From Chlorokybus atmophyticus (Eukaryota > Plantae > Mesostigma and Chlorokybus algae), in contig RHPI01002533.1 in assembly GCA_009103225.1 (NCBI GenBank), positions 69,793 to 133,792 on the forward strand: a DNA stretch of 64,000 nucleotides. Direction: 5' to 3'. This document shows, one piece after another, positions 44,337 to 57,720 of this stretch (its first letter is position 1; each line of letters starts with the position of its first letter). The notes under the pieces were generated by a model. That model did not search any database. It saw only the letters and a program-made list of their open reading frames with translations, and was not told the DNA's origin. A program made the translations under genes and the position numbers.

Positions 44337-46365
44337 AGTTATCAGGAGCTGCAATCAGAGGCTTGCCGCATATCACTAGTGACAGTTCTGATTTCAGCTA
44401 GCAACACAATGTAGCAATATATGTTCGTGAGCTGCGTAGTACCATAGACAACCAGCAGTTGTACTGTATGGTGTAACTTGCTGGTACCTTTTTACAACCA
44501 AGGGAAGGCGTGTCAAGCGCCCAGCGCGTGTGTTTTTCTCTTCAGCATATCTTCACCTTGCCCTACTTGCAACACGCCCCAGACATGTTGTAAGGCATAT
44601 GCATTCACATCATAGTCAACACACTCGCCACACACCATGCATGTTAGGCACAGTACCATACCCCTTGTATACACTATTTTGCCCATGCAAACAAACGGGG
44701 AAGCATGGTTGAGCTGCCATCCCCAGTGTTTCTAGTGCCCTGCATTGGGTCGGTCAGGCATTAGCAAGTCCAGTAGTTGCTCCAACTGCCCGTGCACTAC
44801 CGTCAACGCCGGGTGGTGAGGTCTCAGTACAAGCAGTTGGTTGGCAGTTGATTTACGATGATAAAGACGCCAATAGCAGCTAAACTTAAAACCTATGCAG
44901 ACATAGCGTATAGGAGTGAATGGACACGCAAAATATAGCAGTAGGCAAGCAAGCAGTAAGCACAAAGCGCATACAGATCTGTTACTGTTGATTATGGGGC
45001 TGGGTTGCTATGTGCAAGTGCGTCACTCAATACCAAGGTAGGCAGCAGAGGTAGGGACAGTAGCGCCTAGCTAGAACCTGGGCAGCACAAGAGAAGGGCG
45101 GAGGGAGAGAAGGGAAGAGGTTGAGACTGTGCACAGCATGGACGACGATACCGACCATGACTGTGCGAATGCCTACAGCCCCGCTAGTCCATTCACCAGC
45201 GTCGTACCTTATCCCTTGCGATGCAATGGGTGTAACAGGATTACTCACCAAATGGCTGACACATATGTATGCACCAAAAGCAACGCAACAGACGTGAACC
45301 AAGTAGACCCAAGCAATATTATAACGGAACAAGCCAGCAGCAAACAAGCAAGAACAACAATCAAAGGGCTGGCCCGGGCCCTTAACAATTGCAAACAACC
45401 TTATTGCAACGTGTATGGCAAACCCAAACACAACTGCCAACACACGCGCAAGCAACTCTAGAGACCACAGGTAGGCAGGCAGCGGAGGCGGGCGCTGTGC
45501 TCAGGCATATGTGCACAGCGTGTGCAGCTTAGCCGAAGATGAGAGGCAGTGGGCTTGAGCAAATCTCAGCGCATTCATGTGTGTTTCATGTTGCCTTTGC
45601 CATGCATTGTCAAACAGCAAAGATGATTGTGCATGGGCGCACTTCAATACAGGTGGGACACGCACGGTCATGTGCGCACATGCACAAGCAAGAGGCGCAA
45701 GAACCTCTACTGAACTGATTGAAATTATCCGTAAGGTATTCCTTGAGGAATCCTCACTGAGCAACATATCATGGAGCCACTTGAGCCTTGAGTGGAAATG
45801 CACTGCAAAGCTTCCCCAAACATGCTCTCCCACCTCTATTCCCCCGATATGTCCAAAGCGTAACAACACGGCTCTTCCAGCAACCTGGACAAAGAGAGAC
45901 TACCCGCCTAACCACTATCAAAGTACAAAAAGCCACCAATAGGTGACCAAGAATGAGCGCTCAGCGCTTTATGAAGGTAAGAATGAACTGACTCTGGCAT
46001 ATACAAGACGCTGATGGAGGTAGTCCCAGCCTAGTTGGCATGGCGACGGGACTGCCCCATTTGCCGCATCAGCTCTTCCCGCGCTGGTCCTTGCAAAAGC
46101 CGCTGCACTCGCCTGGTAGACAAGCTCTCCCTACACGCAAGATAAATGCTCAGAGAGGGGGGGAGCAAGTCAGCAACAAAGCTCGTAAGCTGCAATCCCA
46201 ACACTCGTCAGTCATGCGTGATTGATGCATCAAGCACTTTGGGGGGAAAGAACTCTTGTGGGGGAGCCAGGTTCATGTTTCGCTTGCCATAGACCAAACC
46301 AGTCAGCAACGCGTCACTGGCAGATCAACTGTTGCTATGGTAGAAGCAAGAGAGACAACAACAAC

Positions 46366-46850
46366 TTACAGGTCGAGATCGTTGTAGCGAGAGCTGAGCT
46401 GCTTGCGCTGCCATGCCTCCTGCGGCCGCTTCTCCTGGGCTGCAGCCGCCGTGTCGGCGTCGTCCCATCGCTGCGCAGCTGCATCATGGTCGTCGTACGC
46501 CGGCGGCGACGGTGAAGCAGCAGCCTTCTCAGCCCTGGGCGTAGCAGACGCCACGTCAGCGAGCACCTCCATCTGCGCCCGCCAGACCTCCCCCTTGTAC
46601 TCAGTCCGGCACTGCCAACTATCGCCCCTCCACCGCCGCCGGTCCCCACTGCTCCTCAACGCCACAGACACCATCTCCACCGAGACCAGCACGTCCTCGC
46701 CGCCCACACGCACCCACTCCCCCTCCTCTCCCCTCCCCTCGCCGTGCCTCTCCGCCACGGCGCCGACCACCCCGTTGACCACCTTGCGGGCCCGCCGCAC
46801 CGCCTTTGCCGCTGCTTTTCAACCGAGCGTGGCCACTCATGCGCCGTACC
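46366..46850 (-). CDS. Possible first exon of an unidentified gene divergent from ICP55
   Basis: GC-rich open frame ending at a strong GTAAGT donor-like site. No recognisable domain; reading frame and downstream exons (44730-46150) could not be resolved. Confidence 0.3.
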
Positions 46851-47245
46851 ACAGCGTTCCTTTCCGTAAACGTCAACATGTCATCATGGCAGCGTGACGT
46901 CACCTAGTCCCTTTCAGAGCTCAATTCCAATGTACCAGCATTCTCAACAACGCCTGATGCATGTCCAGAACGATTGAATTGATGAGGTTGTCCTGACGCA
47001 GCCTGCTACAAGTCCTGTTTGCTGTGAGGTTCATATGTGGGCGGATGCGGGATGGTTGGTTTGGACGATTGGGTGCCGTACATACTCATGCACTTTGTAC
47101 TTCACAGTACAAAGTGCATGAGGGGCGGCTGCAAACGGCGGGGTTTGTGTAAACGGTAGACGGGTGGCATGCAGTTGGTTAAGAGGTGAATTAGGGCTGC
47201 AGCAGCAGGTAGACGTTGGTGGTGTTAGCGCTGGGGGCTGGGGTC

Positions 47246-50074
47246 ATGAGCGGCGTCCGTCGGCTGGCTGCGAGGCAGCTGAGGGCTTTGGCAGTGCGCT
47301 GTCGAGAGTATGCCCATGCTAGCGGCGGCAGCGGCGTCACCGTCGACCCATCTTGCAGAAGCAGCCTGTGGACGGACACTGCTGCGGCTGTGAAAGCGAG
47401 AGCTGTTGCTGGACAGCCTCTTCCAGACACTCACCCAGAGGTAAGCTAGCCTGCACTTGCTCTCAGCTCTCAGCTCTCTGGAAAAGCAAATTTTGCATCA
47501 ACGCGTTGTCTTGTGCCGCTGTGTATTACGCCATCAAGTGATATTAGCCAATTGACAGCCAAAACACACGTAGTGTTGCATGTTGTTTTTGCAGTTTACT
47601 AAATACTCCGTGCTTAACGGTTTGTTGCTTACTTGCAACCCTAGCTCCGAGGTTGTCCCTTCATTAATACCTTTACTTGCAATGCACCCGAAACAGTCAA
47701 ACCTCTGCAAGGCATTGCCAATGTCATTTTTCAACCAATTGCTTTGCGCAACAGCTCTTTTACTTACTTCCTGTGGCACGTAGTTGATGCGGCCTGGTGA
47801 GCTTACACCCGGCATCGCTGCGAACGAGTATGCGCAGCGTCGAAAGGCCATCACGGCTTCAATGCCGCCAGACAGTGTGGCGATCTTGGCTGCAGCGCCT
47901 GTGGTGCGCATGGCAGGCGTCATCCCCTACCTCTACAGACAGGTAAATTAGATGCAAGCTACTACCGCAACAGTAAGTGGCAACAGTAAGTGGCATACAG
48001 AAGTTATCAAGTACTTGTTAGCTGCCATGCAATCACGCAAAGTCAGCACTGTTAGCTACGAGTGCTCTTTGGAGTGTCAATTTTCAATATTCATACTCTC
48101 TGTTATGCGATTACACAGGAGGCAGACTTCTTGTACTTATCTGGCATACAGCAGCCAGGATGTGTGCTTCTTCTGCAGCGAAAAGGTGAACTACCAGAAT
48201 TGTTCCAAGCGGACGTGTGACTGGCAGTGCAAACTTCAGGGCTTCAGGACTTGAGTCTCAAGTGTTTCTGGCCTTTGCAGGTTTATCACCAACTCCGCGC
48301 TACACAATTGTTGTGCCTCCATTCAACAAAGAGGTGGTTACTAACACTGACCTTTGCAAGCATTGATTTTGTGCGCTGCATCCATTGCCAGGCGTTGCTT
48401 GATTCGCTCATGAATGCACTGGCATGGTAACTTGCACTGACTGAAGGTTGACAGATGCGATGCGGTTTCAGACCGTCCGATGGGATGGACTGCGCATAAA
48501 CTCGGTTGCGGCAAAGGAGTACTTTGGTGCCGACGATGCTTGTGAAACCACCCACCTGCATATGGTACATGCTTACATGGCTCTCCTGTCTTGGGTTCAA
48601 TGTCGCAGCCATGTGGCGTGACCATGTTGTCTGTAGGTTTTGGACGCTGCTTTGAGTGAAGCAGATGCAGTGCTTTGGGATGAAAACACACCAACAGATG
48701 CTCTACATCCTGCAATGCCTGCTTTGCGTGCAGCAAGTGCCCAGGGGTTAGTTTTTGCCTCTCGTGCAGTCATATGACCGGATTGGTTGTGCTATCACGC
48801 GCGTGTGTGACAATGCTATCTCTCAGGAAGGTGTCTGCACTGCGGCCTCAAATACACAACCTTCGCTGGGTCAAGTCACAAGCTGAGGTGTGCCTCAAGG
48901 ACTTGTTTGTGAGAACTGGGGAGCAACAGGCTGCTGATGTACCTCGTGCTGCAGGTTGGCATGATGCGTAAGTCTGCTCATATAGCTACTGCAGCCCATC
49001 TTCGGGTAAGGGACATGCGAAAGTGCGCTCTCTTTGTATGTTGCGCGCAAATGCTTTGGGCATGCACACAGCTAGTCGCTGTCCGTTTACTCCTGCTATT
49101 AACACCACGCGCAGTGCATGCAAGAAACTGCAGCAGGTGGTAGCGAGCATTCTATCGCAGCCCTTGTAGAGCATGAGTGTCGCAAGTCGGGAGCCCAGCG
49201 CATGGCGTAAGTTGGCTCACGCGCTTGTTGGCTTCAGGTTAACGCCACATGTTGCCCATCCGAGCTTGACTGCAGGTACCCTTCAGTTGTTGGGTCAGGG
49301 CCAGACACTTGCACCATCCACTACTCACGCAATGACAAGACACTAGCCGATGGTTCACTCCTGCTGATGGACGCGGGTTGCGAGTATCATGGGTATGCGT
49401 CCGATGTTACGCGCACATGGCCGGTCAATGGAAAGTTTTCCAGCGCGCAACGCCAAGTGTATCAGGTTGTTTTGGCCGCGTACGAGAGCTGTCTGGAGCT
49501 AGCAAAAGTTGGCGCCACGCTTCGACAGCTGCACAGCTTCTCCATACAGGTGCAAGCATACTCGTAAGCAGTAAGCTGACTGCTAACCCTCACAGCACTG
49601 CGGAACTTTTGCAAGCTGCATATCTTGGTCTTGCGGTGGTATGCTTGCAGACATGTGTCAGTCCTGAGCTGGTATGCCAGTAGCTGTGTGTGGACATGTG
49701 CACACACTGTGCAGGTCCTGTCAGAAGGGCTCGCAGACCTGGGCATAGTGCAAGGCACAGCGAGTTCAATAGCGAGTTCGGGGCGCTACCGCATGTACTA
49801 CCCGCACGCGTTGGGCCACTGGCTGGGAATGGACACGCACGACACGCCATCAGTTGAACTGCAACGACCTTTGCAGCCAGGCGTGGTGCTGACCATCGAG
49901 CCTGGTTTGTACCTGCCTCACGATGACCCGGCTGTACCAGAGCGGTATCGTGGCATCGGTGTAAGGATAGAGGACGATGTGTTGATCACATCGAGTGGCC
50001 CTGAAGTGCTGTCAGGCGAGTTACCTAGGGACATACCTGCCGTGGAAGCTTGTGTTGGCAGAAGACAATCGTAG
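47246..50074 (+). CDS. ICP55: Mitochondrial Xaa-Pro aminopeptidase / intermediate cleaving peptidase 55 (M24B), multi-exon
   Basis: Presequence MSGVRRLAARQLRAL, GQPLPDTHPE, ELTPGIAANEYAQRR, LRWVKSQAE, YPSVVGSG...TIHYSRND, LLMDAGCEYHGYASDVTRTWP, YYPHALGHWLGMDTHD, VLTIEPGLY, GIGVRIEDDV. Confidence 0.94.
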
Positions 50075-50990
50075 CAGCAGAGTCAACTGCCTGTACGTAT
50101 GCCGGTGGAAGTTGTACGCTCTGCTCGCATTCCCTGTTGGTCGGTGTGTCAAGGATGTTGTCTGGTGAGTGTCTCAGATTGCGCGGAGCATGTCACAATG
50201 CACTGCGCATCGCATCCAAGCGCATGCAGAGTATAGAAGTACAGTTCGCAGTAGGACGTACGAAGTAATGCAACTCACTATATGTCCATTATATGTGCAG
50301 AACCTTGTGAATATGAGTACCAGAGGAAGGCATGCGCTTATCGAGCAACCGCAACTAGCAGATGCATAGGCCTGTCTCTATGAAATGTGGTGTAGGCCGC
50401 TCTAGCAGTGAACCACATGCGCATGATCAACCATCATCATAACTGTATGATAAAAGCTGGTCGCACTACCCGTACATCATAGTTGCACCCAACCCACATA
50501 GCTGCCCTTACTACAGCCTTGGACTGGACAAACTTGCTATTTACCCACTATAGCCCTCAGTAAAAGGACGGCAGCTTGCCTACCAGTGCTTCAAATTTTA
50601 TCTGCTTACCCGCTCTACTGGGTAGGGTCATTGAGTATTTGTAAGGGTTACACAGGCTGTTATGACTCACTACCGCTGCTGACTGGAGCGGGCAGCTAAA
50701 CTCGCCCTTAGCACTTTGCCAAGCTTAAGCGGAACATACTGACAGGCGGACGCGGAAAGGCTTACATTATGCTTGATTGTCCAGGTCAGAGCAAGCACGT
50801 GCAGTGGTGCTTCAACCAATGTGCACACGTGGGTGTCACCAATGCGGTGCTAAAGATCCATCAGGTGCATACTACTCGAGCTAGCTGTGACCACCGCTTA
50901 ACCTACACTACGCAACCAACCTGGTGGCCGCCAGCACCAGTGGTTTATTCATTGGGTGATATGAACAATGATGTTAGTAACAGTAGCTGT

Positions 50991-52512
50991 CTAGATGAAG
51001 TAGCGCAGCCGTGTGTCGGCCCTCATGGCTTCATACACGGCTATGACTTGATCTCCGCTGTTCACTGTCACCGGCCCCACCTGCACGCTGATGTACTTGC
51101 CCTTTGCTGACTCGCGGGTTGTTACAAGCCTCTGTAGAACATAACAACTCTTGTTGGTTATGATCACTTGTAACAGTACGACAGCTCTACAGCGAACCAG
51201 CCAAGCAACTGAGCTAGCTTCCAAGTGAACGCATACCTCATCTACTTCAACCTCCAGTATCCTTTTCACAGCAGACACCATAGAGTCCCTGAAATCGTCA
51301 CCACCAGAACCGATGGCTTTAAAGCTGCGCAGAGATGGGTACGTGTTCACCTGCATGATGTGCAGCGTCATGTTGCTGTGTTTGTTTAGAGCAACAGAAC
51401 ACACACACAGTTAAGCAGCAAGTGCCAGTACTCAATGGCAGCTGCCAATCAAAAACCCAAATCCAGGTCATGTAAATTATGGAGACATGCAGCTGAGCGG
51501 CTTACCTTTTCATCAAGCTGCCGCCAGTCGTCCTGTGAGGCAGTGTCTCCCAAGACAAGGTTGACAGAATTGGTTTGTCGTCCACCAGCTTTGTGCACAC
51601 CTGCCAACATCTTGCCATTACCGAACACCAACCTTGACAGCTAGTACAGTTCCTACTAGGCAACATTGGTTTACTGTAAAGTGGTCTCGCATAGCACCAC
51701 TGTATGCCCAACATGAAGCACCGATGTGCATCGCTAGGCATCATCATGGTTGCAAAAACACACAATGTGCGTTTATCATACGCAGCAACCTTACCGACCA
51801 AAAATGCAGCATTATACATTGGTTCAGCATTGGAATGAGTGCTGGGCTTCAACAGAGCTAGCTGCAACGAGAGCCGCTAAAGCTTAGCGGTTACTGAACT
51901 GCTGGACCTGTCCAGCAACTGCTAACTAGTGGTCCAAGCTGAGGGAAGTTACAGGGAAGTTACATGTTGCTCCCTGCATGCATTGTCAAGGCTGTGTAGA
52001 TGATTTAGTTTAAAACTTGTCTACTCCAACAGTATTTGCATAACAAAACGACTGTGTGCTAGTGATTACCGCATAAGCTTAAGGTAGGAGGCTGCTGTGC
52101 ATTGCAAGCACCAATGGCTTCGGCAACATGTGTAACGCACCGAATGCAAGTGACACCCGTGCTCAGACAAGCGGTTGTATGCAATCAGCCGCAGTATTCC
52201 GCAAAAGCCGTGGATTGCGGCCCTACCTTCAATGGCAGAAAGCACTGTCTCCTTGGGGTTCAGAGGCCTAGATCGCCCGCGGGAGCTGTTGCCGAAACCC
52301 CTCCCGCTAGAAGAAGTGCTGTCGCTCTGCTGCTCAGCGCAGCAGCGAGCAGGCAGCCTTGTCCCAGCAGCAGCGTTGCGCCGTCCGTGCTGCACACCAG
52401 CAGCAAGCGTAAACGTAGAGGAGGAGCCCCTAGCCACCCGCTGCTCGACAACCCCAGCCGCCGACGCCGACCGCAAGCCCGCACCCAACGATGCCACCAC
52501 CGCCGCCGCCAT
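50991..52512 (-). CDS. DUF493 (YbeD-like) plastid protein, multi-exon
   Basis: Transit-like N-terminus, DDWRQLDEK|VNTYPSLRSFKAIGSGGDDFRDSMVSAV, RESAKGKYISVQVGPVTVNSGDQVIAVYEAMRADTRLRYFI*. Confidence 0.85.
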
Positions 52513-52719
52513 GTCAGCAACAAGCAAGACAACACTGCTGCTTATGCTTCTAGTGTCAGCTCTGTGCTCTGTGCTTGTCGTTGTGGGCGGTGGCGGCGGT
52601 GGCGTGAGGGTGTGGTTGGTGGAGCTAGCTGCGAGGTGAGCTGGCAGGGCTGGCTATAGCTGGTCGGGGCAGGCTGTGGCGTTGGCCTGGCCAGCGCGCG
52701 CGACACGTAACTCGCACAC

Positions 52720-54553
52720 ATGCGGGTGTGGCTGGACTGCGATTGCGGGGTAGACGACGCGCTGGGCATCCTGCTTGCTCTCTGCCTGCCTGAGGTGGGT
52801 ACACTGGCGTGTGCATGTGTGGTACATAGCTGCATGACTTTGCGCGATAGTCAAGCTCAGAGCGTCGACTTTCTTGCCACACAGGCTTGCCTGAATGCTT
52901 GCACTGAACGCCTGACACTGGCACCTTCGTGCATGCTGCGCAGGTTGAAGTGGTTGGCATCTCCTGCGTTGCTGGCAACGTTGGCGTGGAACAGGTCAGA
53001 GAACCTGGCATACGTTTGACACTGACAGGCAGCTTGTCGTGATGTGCGTGCAAATGGAAGCGTGCGTGAGCTTACAGTGCATGCAAGACGTTCAGTGTGT
53101 ACATCTGCATACACGCTTGATGTTGCTGCATGCAACAGTACGCTTGGAGCAATCGCAAGTGGCTCGCTTAACATTGCAACAGCTGCACAATCCATGGCAA
53201 TTGTGTTTGTTGCCATGCAGGTGGCAAAGAATGTGGCACGCATGCTGACACTAGCCGATCGCGTAGATGTTCCATTCTACATTGGCGCCAGCGCCCCGAT
53301 ACTTGGCCCAAACGGCATCGGCAACAACGGGGTAAGCACGCTAGTCATCGATTGACTGGCGTTATTCAAGTCAGTGTGAAGGCGTGAACTGAAGTTGTCT
53401 TTTGGCAGTGGTTTGGAAAGGACGGTCTCAATGATGCAAAGGATGCGTCACCGCACCCACACTCGGTGACAGCGTCTCCGTCTCCGGGTTATGCAAGTGT
53501 TCGGTTGGTTGAGGAGGCCAACAAGGAAGACAGCCGAGACCTGGTTCTCATCGCAACCGGGCCGCTGGTATGCTGACTCTGCGATGTAACGCATGCAAGC
53601 CCCAATGTTGGTTATTGACACATATACAGGTTACATTGCACTACAGCATGCTAGTTGTGTACTGCATTACCGCCAGTGGGTGCATTGACGCTTGCTGATT
53701 GTGATGCTGTGCATCATCAGACCAACATTGCACTAGCATGCCGTCTGGACCCTGCTTTTCCCTCGCGTGTTGGACGGTTTTGCGTGATGGGTGGTGCGGT
53801 TGAAGCCCCGGGCAACACGCCCAACTCATGTACAGCAGAGTTCAACTTCTTATGCGATCCAGAGGTCAGTTTCTCAAGCTCTGCAGTTGGCATTTACACC
53901 ACTTTGTAACAAGGCAGTTCAATGCCAAAATGTGGTTGACACTCTGCTGCAGGCAGCATTCATCTGCCTACACTCCTTCCCAGACACCAAACTGCTGAGC
54001 ATCGACTGTGCAGAGAAGCACCCTTTGTCATGGCAGTGGTTTGAGCAGTGGATCAGCAAAGACACTGCCAAGGCAAGAGTACACAACGCTTTGCTCTTGA
54101 ATAGAGCAGCCTTCGCTGCACTTGATGCATTGAATAATTGCAACATATTGGTGCAGGCAGCCTTTGCATACGCAATCATGTGGAACTCCCGGGAGGCTGC
54201 CAGGGCTAGCAACGAGCCCGGTTGGGTTGCATGGGATCCGCTTGCTGTTGCGGCTGCGTTGATACCCGGGGCAGTGCTCACATCTACCAAGTTCTATATT
54301 GATGTGGAGCTTGCAGGAAAACACACAAGAGGGCAGTGTGTTGTAGATTGGAAAGGGATTATGCGAAAGGAGGTGAGCTGTCTGAGCACGCTGTGTACGT
54401 GTCTGCACCATGTTCTCCACTCAGTTGCAGATATGCTTGGCTGTCATGGACTGAACCTGGCTGGCGTTGTCCTTGTGGCAGCCTAATGTCACATTGGTGA
54501 CATCAATGGACGACAAGCTCTTTCTGCACTGGATGGACGTTGCACTTGAGTGA
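52720..54553 (+). CDS. Inosine/uridine-preferring nucleoside hydrolase, multi-exon
   Basis: MRVWLDCDCGVDDALGILLAL, ISCVAGNV, WFGKDGLND, LIATGPL|TNIALA, VMGGAVEAPGN...AEFNFLCDPE, WDPLAVAAAL, IDVELAGKHTRGQCVVDW; TGA at 54551-54553. Confidence 0.93.
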
Positions 54554-54649
54554 TAAAGCGCGAGTAAGGACCAAAGAGTGTGTCCAACTGTTATGGATGC
54601 AGGGTGGCGTATGCTTTGCATGAACACCACAGTTGATCGCTTCAGTGTA

Positions 54650-54935
54650 CCGTATTTGTGCAAATACACCCCCCACCCCCCCCATTACAACACCCCCCTT
54701 TGGGGGAGGGGGGGGCTTTGTTTGTAACCCCTTTCACGGGCGAAATACATCCCTAATACAACACCCCCCATTTATGTTTTTTTTTTTTTTTTTTTTNNNN
54801 NNNNNNNNNNNNNNNNNNNNNNNNNNNNNNNNNNNNNNNNNNNNNNNNNNNNNNNNNNNNNNNNNNNNNNGGGGGGGGGGGGGGGGGGGGGGGCGCTTTG
54901 TTTGTAAGGGGGGGGTTGTATTCGCACAACTACGG
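54650..54935. mobile_element. Putative Tc1/mariner-type MITE spanning an assembly gap
   Basis: Imperfect ~25-bp TIRs CCGTATTTGTGCAAATACACCCCC / GGGGGTTGTATTCGCACAACTACGG, flanked on both sides by TA. The interior is low-quality sequence and N. Confidence 0.5.
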
Positions 54936-55679
54936 TATATAACAATATTAGGCATCCGATATGTAGTACCATAGTAGACAATACTAATAGTAAGATGTGC
55001 ATACGTATGTGTCTTTGCACGTGTCCTTATGATGTAAATAATAGCATATTTACATCAATGTCAGTAGAATGTCAATATGCAGTCAATTTTGTCACTACTC
55101 AGGAGTGCCCTTACCGCGTACACTTTGCGGATTGGACACATAACCATTAAGATCAATGTCGATTTGCAAGAAGCTTCTTTTCTTCCTATTTACGTGTGAT
55201 GTGGAAATTTAGTATCTCGTGTACGCACGATTATATCGCAAGGTATATATCCAGTCGCGCAAATGAATAAAGATGACGGGTATCTCACTTCCAATCATTT
55301 GCAAAAACGCTTCAAAATAAATGGAGATACTTATTGACTTGCGTATGCTAATTCATCTCAACTTTAAATAATCAATCAAACCATATGACGATTGCAACGT
55401 GTTTACAAAAATGGTGTACAAAGTAAGCAATGAGATGAGACATGCACAACACATGCAGCAATGTTAAATGGCGTTAGTCCGATTATTAACATCACCCCCA
55501 CCACCACCGGGCTATGCATACAAAGCAAAAAGCCATAAATCAAGTTGCCACCTATCTTCACTGATGTTTGGAATGTATGTGAGCCGGTTTAGATTGCATG
55601 TGCATGGCAATAAGATCATATACCATATGACATTTGCAGTGTGGATGTATATTGTGCTCGAAAATGGAAAGTGATGGCC

Positions 55680-56400
55680 CATCACATTGGGGGCCATGTC
55701 TATAAGTTCTGTACATGAAGGGCCTGCAGCAAGTTGCTGCGGAATCAGCTTCGTCAGCGGCACGCTTGCCAAGCTTTAAATCCTCGTAAGAACAGATTGG
55801 TTTGCAGCAGACTATTCCGTTGTGCAAAAAATTCCACGTCCTTTACACCGCATTCACGATCTTACCACCAGCGGGCCACGTGACGAGTAATAGCCCATTA
55901 TCCATGCGCCAAGACAACAGCGCAACAAAGCGGAGCCAAGGAGTGGGCATTTGATTGCTTGCAGTCGCGAATGAAACATGGGTCGCTTCTTATGTCACCT
56001 GATGGTTGTAAACAACCAAACCGGTGATTGGGCCAACTCCAGCTTGGTGTGCAGTAACCATTGCCAGCAGCCTTCAACAAGGCTGATGGAACCACCAAGT
56101 GCGCAACTAATGCTTTTGTTAATACACGTTAGATACAAAATTAAAAATAACTTTTGGAAGGCTGACATTCAAAACATCGTGGGGGCCTTAATGTCATCCT
56201 TGAGTTCTCAAGCATTGTACTTCAAGAAGCCTTTGCTTATGTCCAAAATGTCTGCCCGGCGTGCCAGCGCTTCAACAACCCAACCTGGCTCGTTTATGGC
56301 GTCAATTATCGCGATGTCATGGAACTATGTATCCAGCTTAACACAATTAGCCAACTGCGAGCGGTTGCTTAACAAATCTCGTCATATGAACAAGGGTATC
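55680..56400 (-). pseudogene. Possible highly decayed pogo/DDE_1-type transposase remnant in an AT-rich island
   Basis: Minus-strand fragment GIFAQRNSLLQTNLFLRGFKAW loosely resembles the pogo LPPNTTSLLQPLD..IRSFKA motif. Many stops; weak. Confidence 0.3.
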
Positions 56401-57350
56401 GATGTCATACGCGCACGCGTGCGCATACATACGCACACATACGCATACACACTCTATTCAAGCATCCAACAGGCACAACATTGTAAATATAAAAGTTACA
56501 GTTTTTTTTTAGAGCCGTCTACACCTGCTTTGAATCAGTTAATATCATAATGAACCAACGACACATGCACATGCGTGAAACTTATAGCATGCAACATTGG
56601 CTTCAATGACAAAGCAATTACGACGATTAGTGATTATTTACATGTCCATCAAGACCAATAGGTAACATGCATACATGCATACTACACAACAGATGGATTG
56701 GGGCCAATCAATCAAGCAAGCAAGCACAACACATTTAAGCTCGATAATACAGCACTTGTTGCTTGGGTTTGTTTTGGCATCAAGCAAAACAAAAACGATG
56801 GGTTGGGGGGCCCCACCAAGTTTTAGCTAAGTGCACTAGCTATAGACCGGGGAGGGAGGAGTGTGGGCAGAGGGAAGGGGGAAGGGGCAGCGGCAAGCAG
56901 CAAAGGAAGCACCTACAGAGCACCGCGGGGGAGAAGAAGGGATATGTTGGCTATCCACCGCCGCCGCCACTCACGACGACGACGACTGTGCAACTGCTAA
57001 TGCCCCCGAGAGTTTGAGCGGCTGCCCGCGCTTTTATTCCCTGCACGTTAGTCACTCACAACAGGCAATGATCAGGGTTGGTAGTCAAAACGCGCCTTGC
57101 GAATTTAGCAGGGACGCGCACAACAGGGCATCTTCGCAGTGCACATGGAATTGCTGCGAGCTGTGCATTGACTCGACGTATATGCGGGCAATGAATCTGC
57201 TCCCCACACTCACTTACCCATCACTTACCCGTACTTACCTGTTGTCGTTATCATGTGCTGCTTGGTAGATAGGTGGCTGACATGCGTCACCCTGTGCTGG
57301 TCGGAATTGCTGCCTTATCCAATCTATGCACCACCATTACATGGACAAGT

Positions 57351-57720
57351 CAGTCACGCGAACCATAGGTGGTCACAACCGTCGTGACCACCAGTTCATA
57401 GCTCAGGACCACACTCGCGGCCATACGTCCACAGTATGGCACGAACACCACAGCATATATAATCCGCCGTCATTACCTCGTCCATGGTTCGCGAACCATA
57501 CTGGTGTGAATATAACGGAAAGTTACAACCAGTGTGGTGTAAATTTTCAGTGCCAATATGGTCATGACGTTTAAGCCATGCGTGGTGCAGACATTCACGA
57601 CAAGAGCGGCATGACAGTCACACCGTATATGGTCCACCGTCATCACCTCATCCATGGTTCGCGAACCATACTGGTGTGAATATAATTGAGCATCACAACC
57701 CGTATGTCATGACAGTTACA
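57351..57720. repeat. ~170-bp direct repeats each with a perfect 16-bp palindrome, upstream of the DNMT retroelement gag
   Basis: CCGTCAT.ACCTC.TCCATGGTTCGCGAACCATACTGGTGTGAATATAA occurs twice, with the palindrome ATGGTTCGCGAACCAT at 57484-57499 and 57654-57669. A partial copy and the hairpin GGTGGTCAC-n7-GTGACCACC lie near 57368-57392. Confidence 0.75.

Noticed and set aside
56250-56370. Pif1/Helitron helicase-like IAIIDA...EALARR peptide on minus
   Set aside because: Similarity is limited to a few residues and no flanking helicase motifs were found.
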